A stretch of 64,000 nucleotides of DNA, from NCBI GenBank assembly GCA_025594325.1, contig JANHCV010000004.1:2356001-2420000 (forward strand). The letters run 5' to 3'. The position numbers and the translations under genes were made by a program. Of the stretch, positions 39,420-52,300 are shown piece by piece (position 1 is the first letter of the stretch; each line of letters starts with the position of its first letter). The DNA is from Blastocladiella emersonii ATCC 22665. Taxonomy: Eukaryota > Fungi > Blastocladiomycota. Under the pieces are notes generated by a model, which did not search any database, had not been told where the DNA came from, and was given only the letters and a program-made list of their open reading frames with translations.

Positions 39420-41167
39420 ATGGTCGACATTGTCCTCCTGATCACGTCCATCGTGTTCGGGTGCCTGGTCGTCCTAGGGAGTATCTACTTCCTGGTCTAC
39501 TTCCAGCACCCGGACGACAAGTGGGTCGCGTGGTTTCCAAAAATCGTCGTCGTGCGTAACACCCGCAAGCAGCACGGACTGCGTCGGACAGTACACTAAG
39601 CACCTGGAATGTAGGTCGCAGGCTTCTCCGTATCGTGCTACAACATCTTCCTGCTGCCGCTCGATGTCGCGAACCAGGGCGGCCAGTACGTGGCGACGGG
39701 CGGGATCCCCATGAACATCATCAACCTCGTCTTCTTCATCACCACCGTGTGCCTCGCCGCCGTCATGGTGCCGTTCGTCATGTTCTACTACGAGGGCGTC
39801 GACGACAGCGACAGCGAGACGGACACGACGTACGTCCTTTCTCGCGTGGTTCGTCCGCATCGACGACGGCCAAGCTAACGCTTATCGAACAGCTCGACGG
39901 GCGGCCAGATCGTGTACGCGTTCAAGTGGATCATCCCGACGCTCATCGTGATCGGGATCATCGACTACATTCTGTGGGCGTACCTGGCCTTCGTCAACGT
40001 CGAGTACGTGAACCTGACGAGCACGCTGGTCGACGGCGACAAGGTATCGCTGCTGAGCTGCGCCAACAAGGCGTGCGCGGCGACCAAGGGCATCGACGTG
40101 ATCCAGGTGTCGCCGCTGGTCTCGACCGTGGCGTTCGCGACGCTGATCGGCTGGGTCCTGTTCTCCGTGTTCAGCGGGGTCGGGCTCGTGTCGCTGCCCT
40201 TCGACCTGCTCATGGAGTTCAAGCACCGGCCCAAGCCCATTAAGGCCGACGTGTACGCGGCCCGCAAGAAGATCATTGGCGAGCAGGCCGCCATCCTGAT
40301 GCAGGCCGCCGAGGACATGAACGCCGAGCGCGCGGGCATGGCCAAGATGGCCCGGTCCACGTTCAACAAGAAGGCACGCAACCTGCGCAAGCGCGAGGCC
40401 GAGTTCAAGCGCGACGTGCTGCTCCTCGAATCGCACTACCGCATCCTCGAGGAGAGCTACAAGAGCCCCGGCGTGCGCATCCTGTGGGAGCTGTTCAAGG
40501 CCCTGGTCGGCTTCGTTGGGTACGCTTTTGGCGAGACTGGCGCGTCCCGCACGCGCACGATTGACCGACGCTCGCCTCGACGCGTAGCATCTTCCTGTCC
40601 TTCTTCTGGGTCCTGCACATCTGCCTGTACATGATCCCGCCCATGTTCGGGTCGCTGTCGCTGACGTCGTTCCTCAACGACTTTTTCCTGTCGGTCGGCA
40701 ACATCCCATTCGTGGGGGTGGCGCTGTACGCGCTCTTCACCTTCTGGCTGCAGCTGTGCGTGATCAAGGGCACGACCAAACTCGGCATGCGCATCCTGTT
40801 CATCACCATCCACCCGATGCGCATCGGCGAGACCATGATGTCGTCCATGGTCTTCAACGTCGGCCTCATCCTTTTCTCGTCGCTCGCCGTTGCCCAGTTT
40901 TCGACCATGGCGTTTGCCGACTATGCGCGGTACACGAGCTCGCAGAGTACGTTACCGCGTGGGTGTGCCTTGATGGACGCGTACTGACTGCGAGAGCGTG
41001 TAGCCATCTTCGTGTCCATGATCCGCAACCTGCGCGAGCTCAAGTACTGCTACAACATCCTCATCTTCGTGATCCTCGCCTTCGTCTTCCTCACGACCAT
41101 CCACAGCATCTACAAGCCGTACACGCGACAGCAGGCCAAGGGCAAGAACATTGCCATCAAGTTCTGA
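39420..41167 (+). CDS. LMBR1-domain (LIMR family) multi-pass membrane protein; multi-exon
   Basis: IYFLVYFQHPDDKWVAWFPKIVV, LLPLDVAN, VPFVMFYYEG, GVGLVSLPFDL and HPMRIGETMMSSMVFNVGLIL. About four short introns. Confidence 0.88.
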
Positions 41168-41269
41168 GTCGTAGTCGGCGTGGGCAGTGCAAATTTGACG
41201 TTTTTCCTCACTTCTGCTGTGCGTCTCGAGACCAATTGGGAGGGCAAAACTGGTGATATTCGATCCGAA

Positions 41270-41983
41270 TCAGGCGCGGTACGCGACGTCGGACGCGACG
41301 GCGTCGCGGCACAGGTACTCGACGGCCTCGGCGACAAACGCGTTGAGCTCGTCCTGGGAGTAGGGCGAGCCGACGGGCGGGACGTGGAGGAACAGGACAC
41401 GGCCCTGGTGCGCCTCGTCGTGGAACTGCGTGCTGAGGTACGACGACGTGGTGTAGGTGAAGTCGCACAGGTACTGCCCGGCGTTCTCGGACACCTCGAC
41501 GGCCCACTTGTCGCCGCCGCTCAGCACCGTGACCATGCGGTCGAGGTCGAGGCGCGTCTCGTACACGTCCTTGGCGTCGTCGGCGACGATCGCATTCTGG
41601 ATCGGCGTGGCGCCCTCGGCGCCGTCGGCGCGTGACGTCCACACGTAGTCGCCGCGCACGTCGTGCGACTTGTACCCCGTGTTCTTGGCGTACCGCTCGA
41701 GGCGGAACTTGCCGGGCAGCCCGACGCCGACGTGCAGGACAAAGTCCGGGCGGTGCGCCGCCCACACGGCAGGGATGTGCTCGCGCACGTACTCGTACGC
41801 GACCTCGACCTTGGTCAGCGTCACCAGTTCGACGCCCGCGGGCGGCGTCACGGTCGCACGGACGTGCTCGGCGGCGATGTTGGACGGGTTCGTCGTGTGG
41901 TGCAGGAACGGGCCGAAGCCGGTCACCACGATGGTCTTCTTGGGGGTCTCGGTGGTCGCCGTCGTCATGGTCGTCAGCTGCAT
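41270..41983 (-). CDS. Pyroglutamyl-peptidase I (peptidase C15)
   Basis: VVTGFGPF..NPS, LHVGV, RLERYAKN (Glu), AGQYLCDFTY (Cys) and FLHVPP (His). Confidence 0.92.
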   Translation of the reverse strand: MQLTTMTTATTETPKKTIVVTGFGPFLHHTTNPSNIAAEHVRATVTPPAGVELVTLTKVEVAYEYVREHIPAVWAAHRPDFVLHVGVGLPGKFRLERYAKNTGYKSHDVRGDYVWTSRADGAEGATPIQNAIVADDAKDVYETRLDLDRMVTVLSGGDKWAVEVSENAGQYLCDFTYTTSSYLSTQFHDEAHQGRVLFLHVPPVGSPYSQDELNAFVAEAVEYLCRDAVASDVAYRA

Positions 41984-42377
41984 GTGTTTTGGGGTTGGTG
42001 GGGGAGAGAGAGCGGGGATCGACGAGCGGCGCGAGGATGAACGGCGACGCTGACTTGAGGTCCTCGTCTCAACGGCAAAACCAAAGGCTTGGTCACGCGG
42101 TGTCGCGACTCAAGCCTCGTCGCGTCTCGCGGGCGCGGCGCGTCTCTCGCTTTCATCGCGGTGGCCGAAGATGTCGTGAGGTCGCCGAGTGTTGCGGTCA
42201 AGTCGGCGGCCGGGTGAGACGCGTGGATTGCGGTTTGCTCAACTTGATCGAGGCCGTGATCCAGCGCGTCGCGGTCGCGCCGCCGTTCATGTACGGAAGG
42301 ACAGGTATCTGCACTCAAACTCTGCGGCGAGGCGACCGCAATGCGAACGCTCGCGTCGGCAGACGGCGAGCATATAG

Positions 42378-44786
42378 TTGGCCGACTCCTCGCTGCCGTC
42401 TCGCACCTTAAACTGTAACATCGACTTGACCATGGCCGACTTGAGTTTCCCGCCGACTTCCTTCTTCATCGGCAGTTGCGTTGCTGGCGTTTCCGCATCG
42501 CTGTTCCCTGTTCCAGCGCCAGTATCGTGGATGCGCTTCAGCACGTCCGAGCACCTCCCCAACGCGCTTGACTGCGCCACGGCCTGCACCAAAAGCCGCG
42601 AGTGCCGCTTTGCCGCGCTTCAAGTCGTCGACGCGAAGCAGTTTGCGTGCACGCTGGCCACGGTTCCCGACGTTCGGAGCCAGCTGATGCCCGCCGCCGT
42701 GCCGACCGAGGCGTGTCACCTCCCCAAGTACGGATCAGTGATCCCATCAAGCTCCGTGACGGATCAATACGTCCCGTGCGACCCGCCTCGCCACCTCTTC
42801 CGGCCCTCGCGCGTCGCTGACAGCGCCTCGCTGATCGAGTGCCGCGACGAGTGCGCCAAGGCCGCGTCGTGCGTTGCTGCAAACTACCTCAAAAAGTCGG
42901 CCAAGTGCCAGATCCTCGACCTGCCCGGCGTCCCGCGTGCATCGCTGAGCGACCAGGTCCTCCCGCACGCGATCGTGGTGTGGCCAAGTAACGCGACGGT
43001 CAGCGACGTGCCGGGCGCCGTGTCTTTGCAGCAGGCGATGATTGAGCAGCGGGTCAAGCTGTCGCGCGCGACGGTGACCAAGATGCAGAACTTTGATGGG
43101 CCGACGAGCCTTGGCGGCGCCGTGGGGATCACTTGGTCGATCAATTTGGTGATCGCCGCGTTTCTCCTCCTTCAAATGGTGTGCTAGATATATATTCCTG
43201 TAGAGACTCGTCTTCCACGGGCAGCTCTTCTCGAGTAGAGACGCGTCGCTTCCAACGAGCGCATCTACGTCGTCCGCGGTGCCTCGGCCGCCGTGCTCGA
43301 TCTCACCGCCGAGTGGCGCATCGACGTCGCTCCGTTCCCCGTGACGGACCGCTGGAACCCGTACACGAACCAGACCAAGTCGGAGTGGCCTGCGGCCTAC
43401 CGCTCGGCCGCTCCTGACGCCGAAGGAAAGTGGACGAACCTGCTTGGCAACAGCGCCGCCAACGAGGCCGTGCGCTGGGTTCCTCTTGTCCAACCTACGA
43501 ATGCGGCCGAGCTCAACGAGACGGTCGTCCTACGCGGTTACCCGCTCGCCAAGGGTGGGAACGCGTCCGAGGTGATCCGCCTCGGCCGCGCCAACTCCAG
43601 CGACACTTCCAGTGCCGTAAACGTTACGTCCAAGACCCGGGTAGCGTCGACGCTCGAGGCCGCCATCGACTGGGCCTCGGTCAGCATGAGCACGACCTCG
43701 TACTCGGCCGCCGTCAACGCGACGACCTACATTCTTGACAACAAGAGCGATCTCTATTCAATGGACACGGTGCGCTGAGCTCGATTTAGCCGCGTGAAAG
43801 CTCGGGCTAACGTAAGACTCGTCGTGTAGACGGGCAACCTGACGCTGCTTACTCCCGCGACCTCGATTGTGCCCCCGCCACGCTCTCATGGCGCTCTCGC
43901 CGCGCTCACCAACACAACGCTTATCCTTGTGGGTGGTACCAACGGAACGTCCACGGTGCTTGGCGACGTGTGGATGTTCGACCTTCGTTCGCGCATCTGG
44001 TCGCCTGTACGTTAACCTTCTCTGCAATCGGCGGGTTGATTTGTCTAACTCTCCGTCGTCTAGACCCGTTCGGGTCTGATTGAGCCGCGCGCCTTCCACC
44101 AAATTGCCGTGTACAACTCTGGCTCGCGCGATAAAGCACCCTCAGGTGAATACGACTGCCAGTTCGTCATCGTCTACGGCGGTGCCTCTGTGGTCTCGTC
44201 CGCCGCGCCGTCCACGCCGCTGCAGCCGCTCGCCATGGAGGCGATCATGACGTACCCGGGCTGGTATCCGTCTCGCCAGATCGATACGGTTCCAAAGCTC
44301 GCGACGACGACGCCGCCAGTGCTGGCCCTGTATCGCGGCGGTGGTGGCGGTGTATCCGGCACGTCCCTTGCGGTGTTTTCGAGCCCAGCACCCGGCGCCG
44401 TCAACTCCAACAACACGGCACTCCCGTTCATGATGTTTTGGCCCAGCATTCCGCTTGGCACCAACAGGACTCAGCTCGATGTTGTTCCTGCCAAGCGTGG
44501 TTGGGGCGGAAGTCTGCATCACTTTGACCCGAACCCGCCTGGGGAGCGCTGGAACATGGACGGCATTGGTTGGTTGATTGCGTTGACAATCTTTGTGTTG
44601 CTGGGCGGTGCCGCTGCGGCCGGGTTCCTGTGCTTCGGGTGCATGAAGATGTCGTACAAGGAGAATCAGCGCGCGCAGGCGACGCACCGCGCCAAGCTCG
44701 AGGAGGCCCAGGCCAAGGCCACGGCGCCGCTCGCGGCCACGTCGGACGGTGCGGCGGCGAATGCTGGCTCGGACGAGGCCGTTTGA
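42378..44786 (+). CDS. Predicted cell-surface protein: two PAN/Apple-like Cys modules, then Kelch-like repeats and a C-terminal TM helix (may be two genes)
   Basis: DCATAC..CRFAAL..C and ECRDECAKAASCVAANY..KC (PAN-like). PPRSHGALAAL..LVGG..LGDVWMFDL..W and EPRAFHQ..VYGG (Kelch-like). TM IGWLIALTIFVLLGG. In-frame GT-AG introns near 43179-43238, 43770-43829 and 44008-44063. Confidence 0.5.
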
Positions 44787-44865
44787 TGTTGTCTTGACAT
44801 GATTTTTTTATTGGCGCACGCTACTATACTCTTTTTTTGCGGTCGTTTCTTGCTCGTCGCCGTCG

Positions 44866-46233
44866 GTGAGCTGCGAAGTGAGTCGCGTCGTTCATCTCGA
44901 CGTGATCACACCAGACGAGCGAGCGACGTCGCGACTTCGTGTGAGTCGCTCGCCTCGAAGCGCGGTCGAGCTCCTGCTCGCGACTCTGTATGCCATGTAT
45001 CAACACGAACCAATCATGAACTCCATGCAACACGCCATGCACAAATTTCCGCGCGACGTCATTGAGCGTATCCTTGTGCACGCCATCATGCTGGACGTCC
45101 GCGGGACCGACCCGCTGCCGCTTCTCCGCGTCGCTCCCGGTCTCTCGAACCTGCGCCGCACCGTGCTCCGCTACTCGCTCCATGCTCGGCTTCAACGGGC
45201 CCTCGAGCCGCCGCGCGCGGTGCTCCGCGGCAAGTTGTTGGAGCACTGCGGTCCGTCGCCCGACTTGGACCAGTCGGCGTTTTACCTCTCGCTCCTCGTC
45301 GCTAGTAACCGAAAAGACCTCATGGAGGCGTGGAACAAGCGCAAACTCGACGGAACATGCTTGGCGCTGGTCGACGTCGCGTCGGCCGCGGGCCGTGTTG
45401 GCGTGCTCAAGTACCTCCACTCGCGCAAGCTCATCAAGAAGAGCAACTACACGGAGCGCGCCATTGACGACGCTGCCGCCGCGGGCCACCTCGCCATCTT
45501 GCGGTGGTGGGAGCAGTCGGGCCTTCCGCGCAAGGCGACTGAGCGCGCGTTCTTTGGCGCTGTCGAGAGCAACGACCCCGCTGTCCTCGACAAGGTCCAC
45601 GAGCTGGATCTCGACGCGATCGTACGTTTCGAGGATGGAATGGACCTCCCCTTGTACGCGCTCGAGATCGGCAGCTTTCGGATCATTGACGAGTGGTCGG
45701 GCCAGAACGAGAGCGGCGGGTGGACGCGCGAGCTCGACTGGGGCGCCTACATCCCTGGCGAGCTCAGCTGCGGGAAACTGTCGGCCGCCGCGTTCGACTG
45801 GCAGTACCGCGTCGTGTCGATCGAGTACCTCCACCCGTACCTCCAGCACGGGTACAATCTCGATCTCCGCTGCAAGTACGAGCGCGACGCTACTTCTCGC
45901 GAGCCGCCAATCAAGCTCCCACTCGTCGACCGCGCCGTCGAGTTCTGGCGGTACGTCGTGATGTGCGCGACCGAGGCCAACGCGGTCGCGGTGCTAGACT
46001 GGGCCGCCGCGACGCTTCCCGCGCAGTATGTTGTCTGCCCGGCCGGTTGGATGTGCGTCAACGGCAAGGACGACGACGAGGCCGCGGTCCTGGCCCGCCT
46101 CCAGTGGTGGAAGGACTCGGAGATCCCGCTCAAGCTCGACTTTTGTGATCGCGCAGTCGCGGACGCGGCTGAGCTTGGGTTTGACGGGGTGGTTGCGTGG
46201 TGGCGCGACTCGGGCCTTGGTTCACGAGCGTAG
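44866..46233 (+). CDS. Ankyrin-repeat-like protein of the 'A..G...VL.WW..SG' type (true start possibly near 45037)
   Basis: DVASAAGRVGVLKYL, AIDDAAAAGHLAILRWWEQSGL and AVADAAELGFDGVVAWWRDSGL. N-terminal FPRDVIERIL. Confidence 0.75.
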   Translation: MSCEVSRVVHLDVITPDERATSRLRVSRSPRSAVELLLATLYAMYQHEPIMNSMQHAMHKFPRDVIERILVHAIMLDVRGTDPLPLLRVAPGLSNLRRTVLRYSLHARLQRALEPPRAVLRGKLLEHCGPSPDLDQSAFYLSLLVASNRKDLMEAWNKRKLDGTCLALVDVASAAGRVGVLKYLHSRKLIKKSNYTERAIDDAAAAGHLAILRWWEQSGLPRKATERAFFGAVESNDPAVLDKVHELDLDAIVRFEDGMDLPLYALEIGSFRIIDEWSGQNESGGWTRELDWGAYIPGELSCGKLSAAAFDWQYRVVSIEYLHPYLQHGYNLDLRCKYERDATSREPPIKLPLVDRAVEFWRYVVMCATEANAVAVLDWAAATLPAQYVVCPAGWMCVNGKDDDEAAVLARLQWWKDSEIPLKLDFCDRAVADAAELGFDGVVAWWRDSGLGSRA

Positions 46234-46421
46234 ACGTCGCGTGTTGTGGTCGAGAAACAGATATACCCACTTGTGTGAGCCCGCGATGCGGGGAAGGTCA
46301 GCGAGTGGAGACGCATCGTGATTGCCGCGAGACATCGACGGTCGAGCTGCACGGACACGATTGATAGAGAAACAAGTTGACTAGATATATAGAAACACTC
46401 CCTCTGCTCCCAGCACCACCC

Positions 46422-48093
46422 CTACTCGCGCGAGATATCGCGGCCAAAGATCTTCTCCTTGGCCCAGTCGAACGAGACGAGGACCTTATTCCGCATGGTG
46501 AAGAGGCCCGAGAGGTACGCGGACCGCCAGAACAGGTAGCTCTGGTACCCGGAGAAGGAGACCATGTTGCCAATGAAGGGCAGCTGCACGTCCGAGACGC
46601 CGCGGTCGTCGCCAATGTAGGCGAGGGTGGCGCGGTGCTTGTAGGTGAAGGGCGGGCACGTCGCGAGAATATCGTTGCCCGTGCGCTCGGTCAGGGCCAT
46701 GTCGTTGAACTGGCGCGCGAGGTAGGTGCCCTGCTGGGCAGCGACCTGGGCCGTGGGCGCGAACTTGGTGGCGGTGCAGTCGCCGAGCGCCCAGATGTCG
46801 GGTGCGCCGAGGACGCGCAGGTACTCGTCGACGAGGATGCCGCGGCGGTTGGTCTGCTCGGCGATCTTGGGCATGAAGTCCTTGATGAGCGGGCGCGCCG
46901 TGTTGCCCGTGGCCCAGACCACGGTGCCGACGGGGATCACCGTCTTCTGGCCCGACTTGTCGGTGAGGTCGGCGACCACGATCTCGCGCTCGCGCACCTC
47001 CTTGACGGCCGTGTTGTTGAGGATCTCGATGTTCATGTCGGCAAACGACTTCTCCGTGTACTCGATCATCTCGCGCGAGAACATGGGGAGCACGTGCGGG
47101 AGGGCCTCGATGAGCGACACCTTGACCTTGTCGGCGATCTCGGGGTACCACTTGCGCACCTCCTCGTTGAGGAAGTCGTACAGCTCGCCGGCGTACTCGA
47201 TGCCGGTGGGTCCGCCGCCGACGACCGTGAAGGAGAGCAGGCGCTTGACCTCGTCCTCGGGCTGGCCGGGGAAGGCGGCCGTCTCGATGCAGTCCATGAT
47301 GCGCGCGCGCACCTTCTTGGCGTCCCACAGCTCCTTGAGGAACAGGGCGTGCTCGCGGACGCCCGGGATGCCGAAGGTCTGCGACTCGGCGCCGACGGCG
47401 ATCACGAGGTGGTCGTACGGCAGGCGCGTCTTGGTCACGACGCCCTTGACGTCGCCGTTGTCGGTGATCTCGATGGTCTTGCTCTTGGGGTCGATGTCGG
47501 TGGCTTCGGCCTCGACAAACTCGACGCCGAACGGCTTGAAGCGCAGGAAGAAGCGGATCGGCGTAATCACCGACTTGCTCTCGAGCGAGCCCGTGGTTAC
47601 GGACGGCAGAAGAGGGGTGAACAAAAAGTAATTGCGCGCCTAAAGTGGGAAATTCATGTCAGTTCGCTGGAGCGAACCGCGGAGCGCGAGGAAGCGTACC
47701 GAAACGACCACGACACGGTACTGCGACGTATCCAGGCCGCGGAGGAACGACACGGCGGCCCACCCGGTGCCGAGCACGACGACGCTACGTGGAGGTCGGT
47801 CGTGTCAGTCACTCTGAGCATGGTCGCGGCAAGATCGGGCCGCGATCGTACGTCTTCTTGCTCTGATCGGGCTGCTGCTGCTCCCGCGGGTTCGTGCGGT
47901 ACGACACGAAGGCGCCGACGGCGCCGACAGCCGCGAGCGAGTACACGGCCCACTTGAAGCGGCGGAACCCGCTGCTGCCGGACGGCTTGGTCGATGTTGT
48001 TGATGCATGGCGGGCGAGGGCGGCGGGCACGGTCGACGCGAGGGCCGGGCGGAGGCGGCGCGAGGCGGCAGCGGCGGCGGTTCTTGAGAACAT
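46422..48093 (-). CDS. NDE1: Type II (external alternative) NADH:ubiquinone oxidoreductase, mitochondrial; two introns in the 5' part
   Basis: Presequence MFSRTAAAAASRR. Motifs VVVLGTGWAA, FTPLLPSVTTG, YDHLVIAVGA, VVGGGPTGIEYAGEL, WALGDC and APTAQVAAQQGTYLA. Confidence 0.92.
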
Positions 48094-48547
48094 GGTTGGT
48101 TACGTTGCAAGTATAGCGTGTGGATGATGCCCGATCAAAGAGGAGGGGGGAGGGAGAGAAGGGGGATCTTGAGGGCGGGCGTGCGGGGGACGGGTCGGGC
48201 CGGGGGCGAACTCGGCGAGGGGACCCGGCGGCTCAGGGACGTCGGCAGGGACGGCCGGATGGAGACGATAACTATCACGAGCGCGTCGGATCCGCGTGCG
48301 CGGGGCCGCGGGCGATAAATTCGGCACGGGCCCTAACCACACGAGTTTCGGATGAAAACTCCAGCCCGCGACGCGTGAGTCGTGCCAGGGTGATGTAGAT
48401 GCCCCGCACGTGCCGCGATAGATACCAAGATCGGGGCGCGGCGCGTCTCTGAAACGCCGCGTGATTGGCTATCAAGTCGCGACGCGTCTCCGCTTCGGCC
48501 TCCACCGAATATCACGTACAGCGACGACGACCACGAGACGTAAATCA

Positions 48548-49211
48548 ATGGCATTCGCGGGCTCGGCATTCATCGAGAAGACGGTGATCCACGGCCGGTA
48601 CGCCGCCGTCGCCCTCGACCCGACCACCACGATCCCTGCCTAACCCCGCCATCCTGCCGCCACGCCAGCGTCGAGGGCCCTGGGAAATACGTGTTCCCGG
48701 ACGGCACCGTGTATACTGGCGGGATCCAGGACGGCGAGTTCCACGGCCGCGGTGTCCTCCTCTTCCCGAACGGCGTGCGGTTCGAGGGCGAGTGGGACCG
48801 CGGCGTGAGCGTGCGCGGCGACATGACGTTTGCCGACGGCCTGCCGTTCGACCCGGACCTCGCCAAGTGGGACTACTGCACGCCGCGCGACCGGCGATTC
48901 TACCAGGAGCGGGCGAACGGGATCCGGCCCGCGGACGGGACCCAGGTGCTGCCGAACGAGGCCGAGGGGAAGGCGATCCCGGTCGGGACCTACGACGTCG
49001 CCGACGGGTACTACGACCCCGCGGATCTCTGGGTTCACCGGTACTCGGGCGAGCGGTTGCGGCTACCTGGTACGCTTCTCGTTTTTCGGCGCGGACACAA
49101 GAGCTGACCCTCGTCCCGCGCGGACACAAGAGCTGACCCTCGTCCCCGCTCACAGAACCGGAGGAGCGCGAGTGGATCGTCAAGACGTGCTACTACCGCT
49201 CGCTCGGCTAG
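48548..49211 (+). CDS. MORN5: MORN repeat-containing protein 5-like (3 exons)
   Basis: YVFPDGTVYTGGIQDGEFHGRGVLLFPNG, TFADGL, WDYCTPRDRRFYQE, GTYDVADGYYDP and EREWIVKTC match the remembered MORN5 layout. Confidence 0.85.
49089..49146 (+). repeat. Perfect 29-bp tandem duplication inside MORN5 intron 2
   Basis: GCGCGGACACAAGAGCTGACCCTCGTCCC at 49089-49117 and again at 49118-49146. Confidence 0.95.
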
Positions 49212-49370
49212 CCCGCCACACAAGTACAAATCGATTCGAATTACATTGTATCGCAAGTGGTAGGGAGAGAGAGAGGGTTTGCTGCGCTGTCTAAGGAAGG
49301 TAGGGAGGGAAAAGGTCAAAAACGGTGGTCTTGACCGTGGCCGTCACCCAGCCGCGGCCGCGTCGGGAAC

Positions 49371-52300
49371 TCACTTGGCCGCATTCACGGGCGCCGAGAT
49401 CCCGTAGCAGTGGTCGAGCAGCGTCGTGAGCGTGTTGGCCCACTTGTGGCACGTCGGCGGGAGCGCTGCGTCGCACGGGAGGTGCATGATGGCCGACACC
49501 TGCGAGTCGAGCATCGGGATCGGGTCCGAGAACGGGACCACGTTGACGGCCCACTTGGACAGCGACTCGACGTTGATCCCGTAGTTGAGGTACGAAAGGC
49601 CGAGGCCGGGTGAGGAGAGCGCAAGGGCCGGGATGCCGTGCGCCGCGGCCACGATCTGCGCGATCCCGCCGCCGAGACTGTGCCCCGTCATCACCACGGT
49701 GCGGTTACCCGTAATGAGCGTGTCGACGCGCGCAGACACGCGCTCGTAGTAGAGGAGGCCCGAAAAGGCCACGTACTGCGAGATGAACTGGACGAACCGC
49801 GCCGTGACGGGCCGCGGCCACAGCGCCGAGAACGTGCCGAAGTGCGTGCTGAGCTTGACGAGGGAGGGCGTTCCCCAGAGTATAGAATCCTGCAGTAAGT
49901 CCTCAATCGAGGACGTTCCGCGCACGGAAACGACCGATACGTTGGGCGCGAGCTTGGGGAACCGGAACTCGACGAACCGGACGCCCTCGTTCGTGCCGAA
50001 CGTCGAGTACGCGATCTCGACGTTCCCCCGAAGCGCCGGGTTGCGCTCGGCACGCGCAATCGCATCGCTGGCGTTCTTACCGTACGCGGAACTGGCCAGC
50101 GTGGCCATGTCGAGGACGCTGAACGCGTCGGCGAACCGGAGGTTGCACTCGGGGACGGGCGACCGCGCGATGAGCCCCGCGTCGGCCGGGAACGGCGGGA
50201 CGATGGGCACGCTCGCGTCCTGGGTGTAGTTGACGAGCAGGCCCGCAAGCACCGACAGGACGACACCCAGCAGAACCAGCGCGAGCGTGATCATGCTGTT
50301 GACGGTGGTCCGGCGGTGCGACCGGTCCGCCTGGTGCCCGCCGTGGAACGTCCACTGCGACCGCCCGTCGCGCAGGTCGAACGACAGGTACGTGAGCAGG
50401 ACCGCGGTCGTCGACGTGTACCCGGTCACGCGGGACGCCATGAAGCCCGCGATCGCGACCTTGCCGACGAACGAGACGAGGAGGATCCCGGCGAGGACGC
50501 GCGTGGTGCGAACGACGGGGGTCGCGATGAAGGCGACGTCGGGGAGCAGGTACGCGACGAGGAACGCGCACGCGAGCGGGATCAGGCTGGCGCGGTCGGT
50601 GCCGCGCGACTGCGCGACGAGGTCGAGCACTTTCGCGCCGCCGGTGCCGCCGTCGTTGACCTCGCTGAGGTCCAGGTACGCGAGGCACGCGATTCCGACG
50701 ACCGTCGCCACGATGCGCGCCGCGAGGACCACGAGGGGGACGCGGTAGCCCTTGCCGTCGTAGTACCCGAGGTGCGGCGAGTACTTGGCGTTGGCGGGAG
50801 ACGAGTCCTTGCCGCCCTTGCGGTCGGACTTGGTCCGCCCGCAGCACAGGCACCGCAGAAACACGTTGCGCAGGCGGAACAGGAGGCACACGCCGACGAT
50901 GATGCCCGACACGGCGACGAGGTACTTTTTGCTCTCCTACGTTCGGTACGAGGGTGAGTTTGCGCTGGCAAAGCATCGCGAATGCGAGAGCACGCACCGA
51001 CTTGGCAATGACGAGACCCGTGATGAGGATCAGGGTAAAGACCTTGAGGACCTGGTCGGCAATTGAGTCAAAGATGTTGACCTTGGACTCCTGGCCGACG
51101 CTCGCAATGTACATGGCGAGGCGGCGCTCGACGCCAATGTTCTTGAACAGCAGGTGGATGAAGCGGCCGGTGCGGTGGAGCCGGTTGGCCGCGTTGGTGA
51201 GCAGGATGACGGCCATGGACGCTACACTCCCGAAAAGTCAGATCCACAACCCCCGCAAGTCGAGCGAGAGAGCGTACCCATGACGACGACAAACGAAAAC
51301 ACCGAAACGATCGCCTCGTACCCGTACTTGATGGCGGTGAACAAGCACGGGAGGACGAGGACGAGCAGGATGGCGACGAACAAGAGGAAATGGCGCAGCG
51401 AGTCGCGCATCAGGGCCTTTTCCTCGTCCTCGGTCAGCCCCGAGTGCCCGCCCGCGAGGATCTGCTCGACGGGGTCGTCGAGCTCGTCCATGGTCACGAC
51501 GGGCGGCGGCGGCGAAGGAGACGCGAACGAATCGGCGGGGATTCCGCCCGACTCGAGCTCGCTAGGCGGCGGGACGACCGAGGCGGCGCCGGGAACGGAC
51601 AGCGAGGTCGACTCGGTGGGCGAGGCGCGGCTGCGGACCGCGGCGGCCGCACTCGACGCGGTCTGCGAGAGCGGGGTGACGCTGCGGACGCGGGCGACAG
51701 TCGCCTGGCCGGGACGGAGCCGGTTGGCGAGGTTGGTGAGTGCGCCGCCGGGCGTCTGCGTCTCGTGGGCGTGCTGCGAGAGGCTGTAGGCGTGGTCGAC
51801 GACCCAGCGGACGAACCGGTCGAGGAGCGCGTTGAGGGCCTTTCCGGGGGTCATGAGGAAGACGACGAGCGGCGAGGCTGTATTGAGGAACAGGGCCGAC
51901 TTGGGCTGTGCGCCGGACGCGGGGCGGATAGGCGACGACCACAGCCACAGGATGATGCGCATGGCGGTGCGCAGGACGCTGCGGCTCAGGGCGAGGAAGA
52001 CGAAGGCGTAGAGGCCGATGCCGAGCAGCACGGGCAGCGACTGGCCGTCGACCTTGAAGGCGAGGTACCCGATGGCCACGATCACCGAGAACATGATGGT
52101 CACGAACATGACCATGCCCGCCAGCAGGATCGCCGACAGCAGCGCGTGCACGGCGCGCCGCCACACGGACGACCGGTGGAACCGCCCGCCCGCGCGCGGG
52201 CCAATGTACCCGCGGTCGAGCGCGTGTAGGTCCTGGCGCGGGTTGGCGGGTGGCGGCGACTGGTCTCCACCCATACTGCTCGCGTGGTCGTCGTGGTGGC

